NCBI RefSeq assembly: GCF_027011145.1
Contig: NZ_JALVAO010000068.1
Span: forward strand, 43,797-107,796
Reading direction: 5' to 3'
DNA length: 64,000 nt
Origin: Thermococcus sp.
GTDB taxonomy: Archaea > Methanobacteriota_B > Thermococci > Thermococcales > Thermococcaceae
Made by a program: the position numbers and the translations under genes. Position 1 is the first letter of the stretch. Every line of letters starts with the position of its first letter. Shown here one piece after another: positions 9,463 to 18,803 of this stretch. Under the pieces are notes generated by a model. The model saw only the letters and a list, made by a program, of their open reading frames with translations. It was not told where the DNA came from and did no database searches.

Positions 9463-11049
9463 ATGAAGAGGGCACTGGCATTCCTCCTCATATTGCTGGT
9501 GGTTCCCTTTGTCGGTGCTGTGAGGTGGGGAGTTGTCTACAACATCAAGGGCTCAACTTACATTCAAGCAGGGTCACCTATGTTTTTTGGAAACACCCTG
9601 TACCAAGCTGGCCTATATGAAATTAATTATACCAAGAATTCCTTTTACGTCCTTGGACTTGACCCTGAAACGGGCAAGCTCAAATTTGGAGAAGAGCTTG
9701 CGTTTAGTTACAACGGAACTAGGATATGGGGTAAAAGTTTTAGTGGAGGTTCTCCTGCTATCCTAAGAAAACTTCCCAATGGTGACATACTCCTGCTGTT
9801 TGCAGCTAAACGTCCTAATTCCATGTCCGCAATAATTGTTGCTGAACTGAGAAAAAATGGAAGTGTTGCATGGGCAAAATATTATCTTCTGTATGGTAGT
9901 TTTAACAATAAAGTTGTTGCTAGAGAGCTTATTCCTATAGATGCCGTTGTCTCAGATGGGGAAATATACCTCCTCGCTGAGACTATTGAGTGGTCTAAGC
10001 CTCAGCTAGTTCTTCTAAAGTTATCTCAAACTGGGGATGTGATTTGGATCCGCTCTTACGTTGATTCATATGCAGGACTCAGACCCAAGGGGCTTGCAAT
10101 AGGACCCGATGGAAACATACTAGCCCTCGTAGGCTCTCTGAATCCGATTCTCCTTTGGTTTACCAAGAATGGAGAGATTATCAAGTCCGTTGCGTTAGAC
10201 TTTGGAACACCTGCAGGAGTAGTTGGACCCTTTGTTCATGGAGATGAAATATACATCGCAGGTCACGTCAAAGAAAATGGCTATTTCATACCGTTTATAA
10301 TGGCTATTGACAAGACAGGAAATGTTCTTTGGGCTGAGAAGTTTCCCGACGCTGGCTATGACTTTGTTTCGGTCAAATTTGGAGATAAGATATATATTCT
10401 TGGAAAGGCTGTCTCAGCTTTTCAGAAATCCAATTACAATCGGCGTGTCTGGATTCTCAGCTTGGACAGAAAAGGAAAACCTGTATGGAACATTCTAACT
10501 GGAGACTCTGCGATGATTATGGATGAATATGGGGGAATGACGATTAACGATGCACTCTACGTTGTTTACTATCGGAATTTCATCATGGCAAGAGGACTTG
10601 TGTTCATGAGTGTTGGAAAGGATGGTTCAGTTCCCTGCTCTCATTTATCTCCAGAAATTAAACCCACTTCCTTAACCGTTACAATTAAGCAGGCTTCTCT
10701 TCCAAAAACTGAAGACCTCACCGTTAAAGTCCTTCAAGTAAGTGCAGATGTTAACAAGCTCGATATCTCCTCCTCAAGTCTCTGTCCGGGTTCAAGTCCA
10801 GCCTCAACGTCATCTCCACGTCCAACATCCTCGAGCTCTTCCTCTACGTCTTCTTCATATCCACCCATAATACAGCCCTCCCAGACTCATACAACCAAAT
10901 CCAGTTCTTCACCTATTCAGAGCTCCAGTACACATTACAGCTCGACCAGAGAAATAACTTCGAGTTCTACATCTAAGAAAAGCACGTGTGGACCAGGTCT
11001 TTTGATTATCTTACCTTTGATTTTGCTATTAAAAAGAAGAAGTCTCTAA
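9463..11049 (+). CDS. Secreted beta-propeller-repeat protein with Ser-rich linker and CGP-type C-terminal anchor
   Basis: ORF 9451..11049. ATG 9463 follows GGTGAT. Signal peptide MKRALAFLLILLVVPFVGA. The repeated module h-x-K/R-L-x-x-x-G-x-V/I-x-W occurs five times (LRKNGSVAW, LSQTGDVIW, DKTGNVLW, DRKGKPVW...). A poly-Ser/Thr linker is followed by TCGPGLLIILPLILLLKRRSL. The gene is visibly AT-rich. Confidence 0.6.
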   Translation: MKRALAFLLILLVVPFVGAVRWGVVYNIKGSTYIQAGSPMFFGNTLYQAGLYEINYTKNSFYVLGLDPETGKLKFGEELAFSYNGTRIWGKSFSGGSPAILRKLPNGDILLLFAAKRPNSMSAIIVAELRKNGSVAWAKYYLLYGSFNNKVVARELIPIDAVVSDGEIYLLAETIEWSKPQLVLLKLSQTGDVIWIRSYVDSYAGLRPKGLAIGPDGNILALVGSLNPILLWFTKNGEIIKSVALDFGTPAGVVGPFVHGDEIYIAGHVKENGYFIPFIMAIDKTGNVLWAEKFPDAGYDFVSVKFGDKIYILGKAVSAFQKSNYNRRVWILSLDRKGKPVWNILTGDSAMIMDEYGGMTINDALYVVYYRNFIMARGLVFMSVGKDGSVPCSHLSPEIKPTSLTVTIKQASLPKTEDLTVKVLQVSADVNKLDISSSSLCPGSSPASTSSPRPTSSSSSSTSSSYPPIIQPSQTHTTKSSSSPIQSSSTHYSSTREITSSSTSKKSTCGPGLLIILPLILLLKRRSL

Positions 11050-11137
11050 TTTCTCTTTGATTCTCAAATTTTAGATTTTTGTTTCTTGCATTGAAAACGA
11101 AGAACTTAACTCTTGATATAGAGGCTCGTCCTTTCCG

Positions 11138-11484
11138 CTATTGAGATACTCTCGCAGTTGAGGAAATTGTGGCGAACTCAAGGGGCTCAAGGAGATGAGC
11201 TTCTCGCCGACTCTGGTATAAATTCGTGGGGGCTTCCTTCCGTATTCCCTGGCCCCTGTAGTCTGGGTGAACCCTCAGGCCTTTAGGCCAACAACATTTC
11301 CGGATAAAAGCGTGAGCTTCGCCGTGCCGATGACCTTTCCATCGAGTTCCAGCACGTAGAAGTTGTCGCCGAGCCACTCATCAAAGACCCCCGCCAGGTA
11401 GTCCTCGCCATCCCACGTCAGTTTCGCTATCTCCTCGATGAAGGGCCTGTCCTCGGGCTTGGCCTCGCGGATGAGAGGTTCCAT
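11138..11484 (-). pseudogene. GNAT acetyltransferase, frameshifted
   Basis: ORF 11275..11484 encodes a GNAT N-terminus (MEPLIREAKPEDRPFIEEIAKLTWDGEDY...). Motif A (GLRVHPDYRGQGI) continues in another frame (ORF 11138..11377). The sequence after motif A again reads better in a third frame. Confidence 0.55.
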
Positions 11485-11516
11485 GGTATCACTGGTAAGT
11501 CTTCGATAGTGGAATT

Positions 11517-12680
11517 CTATACTTTCGTCTCCCTTAGGAGTTCTTCAAAGAGGAGGGAAGCAGTCAGCGCAAGGGAAAACGCCACAATCGCTAAAACATA
11601 GATTTTACTGCTCTTCTCAATCGTCCACGCAAAGGTTAACTGCGAGATGGGAATCACCAGCGTCGCGAGGGCATCAAAGATGCCCCTCACAGTTCCAAGG
11701 CTTTCGAGAGGAACGACCTTCTGCATCAGGCTGTCGAAGGAGACGTTGAGAAGTTCACCGCCGAAGCCCACCAAGAGAACCGCAGGGAAGAGGGCCACCA
11801 CGGCGGGTAAGCCAGCGAGGAGCAGAGCCACGCTCTGGAGGATCATCCCGGTGATAAGCGGCCGTTTTAGCCCGACTCCTCTCCTGCTTGCAAGATACGT
11901 TAGCCCGGCCACCGCCACAAGGCTTCCAGCCGTCGTGAGGGACTGGAGAATGCCATAGATGACTTCGCCTTCCTCGAGGGTTCTCAGCGAGGCGAAGACA
12001 AAAATCCTGAATGAGCCAAGGGCGAAGTTGAAGAGCAATACTGAAACTAAAACCCCGAGAACTAGTTTTCTGCTGAAGACAGAAGGCCTGTAAGTTGCCT
12101 TAATCTCACCTGTACGCTCCGATGTAAGCTCAATGCCGAGGTAAGGGAGCAGGCTCACGGCTCCAATGAGGAGGAGAACCGCATCGAGGAGCATCGCTTT
12201 AATCCCGAAGCGGTACGCCAGAAAACCCGCAACTGGAAAGGCCACCAACGAGACCGCGTTTCCGACGGTTGCCAGCGTCGCGTTCAGCCTTTGAAGCTCA
12301 CTTTCCTCAAAGGTCATGGTCGCTATCAGAGAGAGGCCGTAGTAGCGGTGGAGTATGTCGAGGGCCGAGATGCCCGAAACGAGGAGGTAGAATGCCCAGA
12401 CGTTTGATGACAGAGGAACTATTAAGACTGCCAGCAGCGACTGGAGGAGGAGCGCAACAAAAGCCAGTCTGACCTTCTTGGCCGTCCTGTCGAGCGTTCT
12501 CCCGAGGAGGGGAGGCAGAATAACCCACGGAAGGTGCGTGAAGAGCGCAAAACCGCCTATGCTCACAAGCGAGCCTGTACTCTGAAGGAGGCTCCATGGC
12601 AGGGCAACGCTCTCGATGGAATCGCCAGCGATCCTGAATGCAGAGGTGAGGGTATAAACGTTGTAGAGGCGGCGGTTCAT
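11517..12680 (-). CDS. MFS transporter
   Basis: 387 aa, about 12 hydrophobic helices, Leu/Ala/Val-rich, with a GRTLDR-type loop after TM2. Confidence 0.75.
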   Translation of the reverse strand: MNRRLYNVYTLTSAFRIAGDSIESVALPWSLLQSTGSLVSIGGFALFTHLPWVILPPLLGRTLDRTAKKVRLAFVALLLQSLLAVLIVPLSSNVWAFYLLVSGISALDILHRYYGLSLIATMTFEESELQRLNATLATVGNAVSLVAFPVAGFLAYRFGIKAMLLDAVLLLIGAVSLLPYLGIELTSERTGEIKATYRPSVFSRKLVLGVLVSVLLFNFALGSFRIFVFASLRTLEEGEVIYGILQSLTTAGSLVAVAGLTYLASRRGVGLKRPLITGMILQSVALLLAGLPAVVALFPAVLLVGFGGELLNVSFDSLMQKVVPLESLGTVRGIFDALATLVIPISQLTFAWTIEKSSKIYVLAIVAFSLALTASLLFEELLRETKV

Positions 12681-12779
12681 GGCGAAAAGTTGGGCGGGGG
12701 ATTAAAAAGTCTAACTTTGTTCTCCAAACTTTCAACCGATTATAAATAGGTGGAGCGCGAAGTTGTAACGGTGGTGGGA

Positions 12780-13415
12780 ATGGAGAAGGTTGAGGAGCTT
12801 GCTGAGGCTCTTAAAGCCGTTGAGGACGAGCTGAACCTAGCCAAGAGGGTTTACCTGGCTTTTCCCTTCATCTTCTGGGGGGCCGTGTTGCCGATGCTCT
12901 ACCTTCTGAGCAATGTCCTTTCATGGACTTCAGAATGGTTCCAAGGTTCATTCGGCGGCAATGGGGGAATGATACTCTCTACCCTTGCAATAATCTGGTT
13001 CTTTACAGAGGAAAAACGCATATTCAAAAAAATCGAGGCCCTTGAGAGGATACTGGGTGTTCCTTCGAGAAAAAGCCGAAGGTACATGCTCTCTCAGATT
13101 GCCAGTTGGTTCCTCGCCGGAATGCTCGCCTTCGTATTTTCGCTCTCTACGCCTACTCAGTATGAGTTCAAGACGGCAGAATTCATGCTCCTTTTCGTGG
13201 GCCTCGGCGTCGGCTTCATAGTACTGTCTACTTTGTTCTTCCTTAGACGGATCGAGTGGCCGCAGGTGCTTGCCTCGCTGATTGACCTCTCTGCACTGTA
13301 CCTCTTGAACCATCTAAACGGCACCATGAATCCTCAGACCTTCTCTGTCATGGTGGTCTCGGCGTCCTTTACCTTTACTGCCTTTCTCTACATAAGAAGG
13401 GCCATGAGGGAGTGA
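12780..13415 (+). CDS. Membrane protein (hypothetical), first gene of an operon with the ArsR-type regulator
   Basis: ORF 12750..13415. ATG 12780 is preferred because it is preceded by GGTGGTGGGA. The protein has an amphipathic N-terminus and then about 5 TM helices. Its stop lies 1 nt before the next ATG. Confidence 0.55.
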   Translation: MEKVEELAEALKAVEDELNLAKRVYLAFPFIFWGAVLPMLYLLSNVLSWTSEWFQGSFGGNGGMILSTLAIIWFFTEEKRIFKKIEALERILGVPSRKSRRYMLSQIASWFLAGMLAFVFSLSTPTQYEFKTAEFMLLFVGLGVGFIVLSTLFFLRRIEWPQVLASLIDLSALYLLNHLNGTMNPQTFSVMVVSASFTFTAFLYIRRAMRE

Positions 13416-13416
13416 A

Positions 13417-13716
13417 ATGAAGGCTGAGAGGCTCAGGGAGCTTGCAGATTCACCGCTTGGAAACCCCACGAGGTTGGCGATAGCCCTCTACCTCCTCTCC
13501 CGCGAGAGGACTACCTTTATCGAGCTTGCCAAGGCCTTGAAGCTCACCCCGGGAAACCTCGACTTCCACCTCAAGGCCCTCGAAAAGGCCGGAATGGTAA
13601 AAACCTACTACGGCTTCGGCAAAAGGCCGAGGAAGTTCGTTGAGCTGAGCGAAAAAGGTACAGAAGAGCTGGAGAGGGCCATGAGGATCCTCCGCGAGGT
13701 GATAAGAGGTGATTGA
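13417..13716 (+). CDS. ArsR-family winged-helix transcriptional regulator
   Basis: 99 aa. NPTRLAIALYLLSRERTTFIELAKALKLTPGNLDFHLKALEKAGMV is a typical ArsR/SmtB HTH. Confidence 0.75.
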   Translation: MKAERLRELADSPLGNPTRLAIALYLLSRERTTFIELAKALKLTPGNLDFHLKALEKAGMVKTYYGFGKRPRKFVELSEKGTEELERAMRILREVIRGD

Positions 13717-14350
13717 GTACCTCCATGCCCTCCTCCTCTGGCTTGCCGTCTTCCTGCCCTCCTCAGGTCTCGGCTCGCTCCTGGCGAAGAGGGGGAAGGT
13801 CTTGGCCGGTGCTGGAATTCAGGGGGCTTTCCTAGCCCTGTCGTTTGTCTTAATCTCGCTCCTTGGAATTCCGTTCGGCTTTGGATTAGCTTACATTCCT
13901 CAGGCAGTGGCAACTGGGTTTTCCGTTTCTCTAGCCCTAAACTTCGGGGAAAAGCTCCTCTCGGAGAAAAAGAACGGAGAGAAAGCGGAAACGCTGGAGT
14001 TTCTTCCCGATGGCTCCCTCTGGAAGGCCTTACTCCTCCTCATTTTAGCTCCCCTCGCAGAGGAAAGCCTCAACAGAGGTCTGGTTGAGGGTTATCTTTT
14101 AAGCCACGGCCAGTTCTGGGGCGCGATCCTGTTCTCGGCTCTTCTCTTTGCAATTCCTCACGTGATGGCCTTTGAAAGAGCCTCCGCGGGGGAGAAGGCC
14201 TACGTAACAGCTGGGGCTTTCGTCATGGGGCTAATCGTTGGCTACCTTTTCGCGGTCAGCGGTTCTCTCCTCACGGCCTTCGCCTTCCATTCATCGGCGA
14301 ACCTTGCGGGGATTTTAATGGGAGAGTTGGGATCTGAACGGAACCGCTGA
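13709..14350 (+). CDS. CPBP family intramembrane metalloprotease (CAAX protease/Abi) 1
   Basis: A GTG start overlaps the ArsR stop. All three CPBP motifs are present: EESLNR (EExxxR), FAIPH (FxxxH) and HSSAN (HxxxN). Confidence 0.8.
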   Translation: MIEYLHALLLWLAVFLPSSGLGSLLAKRGKVLAGAGIQGAFLALSFVLISLLGIPFGFGLAYIPQAVATGFSVSLALNFGEKLLSEKKNGEKAETLEFLPDGSLWKALLLLILAPLAEESLNRGLVEGYLLSHGQFWGAILFSALLFAIPHVMAFERASAGEKAYVTAGAFVMGLIVGYLFAVSGSLLTAFAFHSSANLAGILMGELGSERNR

Positions 14351-14442
14351 CCTTTTTTAATCCTCAACCGGATCCGACTCGGAACGATTGTTGAAGGATG
14401 AAGAATTTTTAAAGGAAGCCGAGGATACCCAATGGGGTGCCT

Positions 14443-15282
14443 ATGAGTCCCCTAACTGTCTTTATCCTAGCGTTCCTGCTCTACATAACGCACGGGCTCT
14501 ACCTCGGCGGCTTTATAAGACCATTTCAGAGGCGTTTTGGAAGTGTTAAAGGCTACTGGGTGGCGATGTCAATATTCACCGTCGTTTTCGCAGTGCTCAT
14601 AACCCTCCTGTGCCCGGAACTCTACTTCGTCCGCTGGAGCTTTCCAGTTGATTACTTCCTGCTCTTCCTGTCTCTGAGCATTCTTACGTTTGTTCCTGCA
14701 CTTTTTGAAGTTAAGAAGTCATCAAGCCCTGAAATTAGTGATGAGGAAGTTAAATCGGTCAAAAGCATGGGCTTCAAAGATGTGGCACTCCTCCAGATAA
14801 TAAGCGCCGCCCTTCCAGAAGAGCTCGTCTTCCGCTACGTCTTTTTGGGTCTTCTCTCGCTCTGGAACCCATTTGCGGGATTAATGGCCATCTCCATTTT
14901 CTTTGGACTCTCCCATAAGTTTTCCCATCCCAACAGGAACTGGAACGTGCTGATGTCAAACACGTTGGTAGGTTTCGTTCTTGGGCTTGCGTATCTATAC
15001 ACGAAAAGCCTTCTCGTCGTTATGGCAATACACTGGCTTTGTGACATGATTCCCTGGGCCTACATAGAGTACGAGAAAGCCAGGGAAATCATAGCCGGAG
15101 CGACCATCCTCTTAGCGGTTTTACCGCTGGTTCTCCTTCAGGACGGGCTCATCTCAATCGGTAGGTACTTAGAGTGGATTTACTCCAGCGAAGGCCTCCT
15201 CTTGGGTACCGGGGTGGCCATCGCAATGCTCGGTGTTGTCTATCTCGGTTTGAGACTTTTGAAGGGCAGGGGTAATAGTTAG
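14443..15282 (+). CDS. CPBP family intramembrane metalloprotease 2
   Basis: Motifs EELVFR, FGLSH and HWLCD. Polytopic membrane protein. ATG 14443 lies within ORF 14437..15282. Confidence 0.8.
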   Translation: MSPLTVFILAFLLYITHGLYLGGFIRPFQRRFGSVKGYWVAMSIFTVVFAVLITLLCPELYFVRWSFPVDYFLLFLSLSILTFVPALFEVKKSSSPEISDEEVKSVKSMGFKDVALLQIISAALPEELVFRYVFLGLLSLWNPFAGLMAISIFFGLSHKFSHPNRNWNVLMSNTLVGFVLGLAYLYTKSLLVVMAIHWLCDMIPWAYIEYEKAREIIAGATILLAVLPLVLLQDGLISIGRYLEWIYSSEGLLLGTGVAIAMLGVVYLGLRLLKGRGNS

Positions 15283-15321
15283 CCAGCTCAATCCTTGAAA
15301 CGCTCGTAAATCGGCCCGGTG

Positions 15322-15639
15322 TTATCCATCACTCCACACGTGCTTTCTGTGAAATCTACCCCATTTTGTCTCTCACTTAATCCAGCTGAAGCCCCCTATG
15401 CCGACGAGCTTCCCAGTTTCATTCTCAACCACGGCAAACGTCGGCATCTTGTCCCTGTTCTTCTTCAGCTCCTCATAGAACCCCGCTTCTTCCTCCGGAA
15501 GTGTGAAGTAAGCCGAGTTGAAGAGATGTTTAACGGTGCTCCTGTCGTTGAACCACTCTCAGCTTTTGCTTAAATCTTCCTTCAGGAGAACACCAAGCGA
15601 GATTTTCTCGCCTTTGAGGACGATTGGCTTCATTGGCAT
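15322..15639 (-). pseudogene. GNAT (RimJ/RimL-like) acetyltransferase remnant
   Basis: One frame reads MPMKPIVLKGEKISLGVLLKEDLSKS*EWFNDRSTVKHLFNSAYFTLPEEEAGFYEELKKNRDKMPTFAVVENETGKLVGIGGFSWIK*ETKWG... with in-frame TGA codons at 15559-15561 and 15373-15375. The catalytic core is missing and only a short C-terminal-like piece can be read in another frame. Confidence 0.45.
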
Positions 15640-15703
15640 CACGGAGGTTGTAGGGCAGAAATATTTTAAAGATTTTTCAACAAAGCCACGCCAGTGATGT
15701 AGA

Positions 15704-16285
15704 ATGGAGCGGTGGCTCAGGGGAGTATTCCTGACGCTGGCTTTAACCGCGATGATAGTATCGAACAAGTTCATCAACCTGGGCCAAGTTCAGAGACTCT
15801 TGGATCTCGGAGAATTAATCTTCCTAATCTTTGCCGTTTTAAGGCTCTCGGGCTACACCAGGGAGGAGCTTGGCCTTGGTGGTGACTTTAATTTCGTCAA
15901 ACACATCTTGTTCCCCTTTGTTTTCTTCATGCTCCCGCTTATCGTTGTGTTGTTTCTCCCCCACAACTCCATGCCGCTCTGGAAGTTTGCCCTCTATTTC
16001 CTGAACTTTCTTATCATAGCGGGTCTCGTCGAAGAACTGCTTTTCAGGGGTCTGCTCTTCGCCTCCCTTGAGGAAAGGTTCGGCGGATGGCTTGCCCTCA
16101 TTGGAAACTCTGTGATATTCTGGTTCGCTCACTTCGCCGCTGGTCTCAACGTATCCCAGCTTATCGCGGCGTTGGTGCTGTCCTCCTACCGGCTCGCCTT
16201 CAGGAGGATAGAACCCCTGATAGCGGTTCACGCGCTGTGGGATGCTGTCTTCATAGCACTGGAGCCCCGGTTTCCGGGTTCGTGA
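15704..16285 (+). CDS. CPBP family intramembrane metalloprotease 3
   Basis: Motifs EELLFR, FWFAH and HALWD. 193 aa polytopic membrane protein. Confidence 0.8.
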   Translation: MERWLRGVFLTLALTAMIVSNKFINLGQVQRLLDLGELIFLIFAVLRLSGYTREELGLGGDFNFVKHILFPFVFFMLPLIVVLFLPHNSMPLWKFALYFLNFLIIAGLVEELLFRGLLFASLEERFGGWLALIGNSVIFWFAHFAAGLNVSQLIAALVLSSYRLAFRRIEPLIAVHALWDAVFIALEPRFPGS

Positions 16286-16670
16286 GGGCTTATAATCCTC
16301 TTCCCCCTCGTGGGAGCCATTCTCTCAATGGTGATTTACGCCTCCGGGGTTTCCTTAAAATCTGGGACCTCATGATATTATAGTCACCAGCCAAATAGAT
16401 ATCGGAACCTTGAGGATTATCCTTTCCTAACGGCCCGGAACATTAGGAGAACAAGGATCATCACTTAGATTTTGGGAATGCTCTCTATATTACATTAAGA
16501 GTATAGATAAAGCAGTAGCGACGGTTCATAGGATCTATGAAGTAGGTCGAAGAGGCTATCCTTTCCAAGAGCCTAATCAACTCCCACCTTTCCTCACTAG
16601 AAGAACCATTTTATATCCTCTTTCGATAGACAGAAGTCTGTTTAGTGGAAACGGAACTCTCACTGACTTC

Positions 16671-17170
16671 TCAACTGTAAACCCGAGTTTTTTTGTAGAG
16701 TTTTCTGGCGTTTGTGTTATTCTCTCTAACAAACAGCCTTACCTTTTCGAGACCATTTTCACATGCAAAAGCTATAGCTCTGTTGAGTAGTTTTGTTCCA
16801 ATGCCCCTACCGCGATATCTGGACTCAACCGCTATGAACTCGATAAAAAGATCTCCTTTCCCAGGCATGCTCTTTATTAGTTGCCACAGCAAGAGGGACT
16901 TCAGGAACTTTATCCCCCTGTATTTTAAAACAACCGCGGGGGTTACGTTTAGGGATCTCTCCTCCTTTGATGCAATTCCCACGACACCGGCAACCTTGTC
17001 TTCAATCATTGCCACGAATATCATTTTATCGTTGAGACTCGCTTCCAAGATATTGAGAGCATCTTTTCCAAATATCCTCTCCTAAAAATAACCGGATCCA
17101 CGGAATAAATCAAAGCTGAAATATCGCGCCTTTTCCCATCGGGTATGCCACGCACTATTCGAATGTCCAT
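16671..17170 (-). pseudogene. GNAT acetyltransferase, frameshifted in a T/A run (or homopolymer sequencing error)
   Basis: ATG 17170 gives MDIRIVRGIPDGKRRDISALIYSVDPVIF. The sensible reading then moves into the frame of ORF 16671..17048 (ERIFGKDALNILEASLNDKMIF...RYRGRGIGTKLL) near 17085-17090 (ATTTTTA). The gene is AT-rich. Confidence 0.55.
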
Positions 17171-17256
17171 TCTAACACACCCCCTCTTAGATTTTGAAAC
17201 TTCTTTCGATTGTGAAAGCTAGCCTACCTCTACCTCCGGAGTAACTGAGCTTATGT

Positions 17257-18192
17257 CTATTGACTAGTGTCCTCAACGACCATAACAGTCTTTCCCTCCT
17301 CTTCCCTAACCCCAAGCGCAAAGCTCTTACTCAAAACCTCGACCCAGCCGTGTTTCCAGAGTTCCCTCCCCCAGAGGATTTCTCCTTTCGGGTTGAGCTT
17401 TATCACTACAGCTTTTCCCTCGACTTCACCCCCAACTAAAAGGCCGTTCTCAACTGGCAGGATAGACGTTACAGCGCCGTTCGGGAGCGTTGCCTCCCAG
17501 CTCTCGCTCCAGACCCAGAGGTCGCTCCCTTTGTAACCACCCACGACTATTTTTCCACCAATTTCGGCGGCCGTTAGGGCCGTCCCATCGGCGAGCTCCC
17601 TTTCCGCCACCAGCTCCCCGTTTCCGGTGAACTCGAAGGCCTTAACCTCCCACTTCCCTTCCTTCACGCTCCCAACGAGGAAAATCCTTCCGTCGAGCTC
17701 AACGAGGCCCGAAATCACGGCATCGCTCCAAAGTCCGAGCTTCCTGAGCCAGAGGACTTCGCCATCCCCGGAGATTTTCCCCACGAAGAAACTCCTTTCC
17801 CTTCCGTTGGAGGTCTCGCCCGCTATGAAAGCACCCTCTCTATCAGGCAGAATCGAGTAAAGGGCCTCGTTGCCGAGGATTTCCAGCTTTCTCTCCCAGA
17901 TTACGTTCAGACTTTTATCGAGTCTCGCGACGTAGGCCTTCCAGCCGTTTCCGCCGTTGGGCGTTGCGACACCTTCCACAGCACCGCCGATTAGGTAGTC
18001 GCCATCGAGCTTCGCCACGCTGTGACCTTCCCAGTCGTTTTCGCCTGAGAGGAACATCAGCTCTTTTATCTCTTCTTTGTCAAGCCTCGCGAGCATGATT
18101 TTGTAGTTCCTCCCGTCGTGGACGCTTCCAGCGAGCAGGTCGCCGTCGAGTGCAGTTGGAACGGTCTCAATGCCGAAGGAGTAAGTTCTCAT
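17257..18192 (-). CDS. Cytosolic beta-propeller-repeat protein (paralog of the two secreted repeat proteins)
   Basis: 311 aa with no signal peptide. It carries the same repeat module (ARLDKSLNVIWERKL, GKISGDGEVLWLRKL, IKLNPKGEILWGREL). Confidence 0.55.
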   Translation of the reverse strand: MRTYSFGIETVPTALDGDLLAGSVHDGRNYKIMLARLDKEEIKELMFLSGENDWEGHSVAKLDGDYLIGGAVEGVATPNGGNGWKAYVARLDKSLNVIWERKLEILGNEALYSILPDREGAFIAGETSNGRERSFFVGKISGDGEVLWLRKLGLWSDAVISGLVELDGRIFLVGSVKEGKWEVKAFEFTGNGELVAERELADGTALTAAEIGGKIVVGGYKGSDLWVWSESWEATLPNGAVTSILPVENGLLVGGEVEGKAVVIKLNPKGEILWGRELWKHGWVEVLSKSFALGVREEEGKTVMVVEDTSQ

Positions 18193-18272
18193 TTGAAGTC
18201 TCCTCTGACAACTGATTCTTTGAGGAATACGGCAAAGATTTTTTTAAGATTTTTGCGAGTAGTGGTAAACAG

Positions 18273-18803
18273 GTGATACAAACGAGAAGAAAAAACTATG
18301 TCGAGGTCTTGGTGATTTTGCTCATTCTTGTTCTATTCATCTCTTCATACGCCCTATGGGGCTGTCAGAAAAAAGAGAAGAGCCTGCTAACTTCTGTTTA
18401 CATCTATGGCTTGAAGGACGCCAGAGGACTCTCCTATGTCGGCGGAACCTTTGAGTATCTCCTCCACGAGAACGCTTCGGATGACCTCGTAGTTTTCTAT
18501 GCCCGTGCATATTCTATCAGGGCCGAGCACTTCCAGGACACCTTTGGTCTTCTCCAAGCGTACAAGAATGATGAGAGATTTCAGCTTATGTTTTCGGCCA
18601 TGTCGAACTATAACCTGTTTCTTCACGAAGTTAGCATTGCTAACTCAACGAGGAGAAAAACCCTCATAGAAAAGAACCTTGAAACGCTCAAGGAACTCGA
18701 TAACCTCATGGAGGAGGTGACAAAATATCAGAATCCGGACGATTTGCCCCCGAAACTCGTCAAGAGGATTTTTCAGGCCTCTGAGGAGCTGGAGGTGCAG
18801 TAA
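18273..18803 (+). CDS. Hypothetical N-terminally membrane-anchored protein
   Basis: 176-aa ORF with a GTG start, one N-terminal TM helix and a helical C-terminus. Its stop overlaps the ATG of the next reading frame (TAATG). The start is uncertain. Confidence 0.4.
   Translation: MIQTRRKNYVEVLVILLILVLFISSYALWGCQKKEKSLLTSVYIYGLKDARGLSYVGGTFEYLLHENASDDLVVFYARAYSIRAEHFQDTFGLLQAYKNDERFQLMFSAMSNYNLFLHEVSIANSTRRKTLIEKNLETLKELDNLMEEVTKYQNPDDLPPKLVKRIFQASEELEVQ

Noticed and set aside
16400-16464. Candidate C/D-box sRNA on the - strand (GTGATGA C-box at 16458-16464)
   Set aside because: There is no CTGA D' or D box at the expected 12-nt guide spacing, and no C' box or terminal stem.
16427-16567. Repeated 10-mer TATCCTTTCC (GAGGATTATCCTTTCC / GAGGCTATCCTTTCC) in the 385-bp unannotated spacer 16286-16670
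   Set aside because: It occurs only twice. My rough estimate is that such a chance match in a spacer of this size is not negligible, and I recognised no associated structure or ORF.
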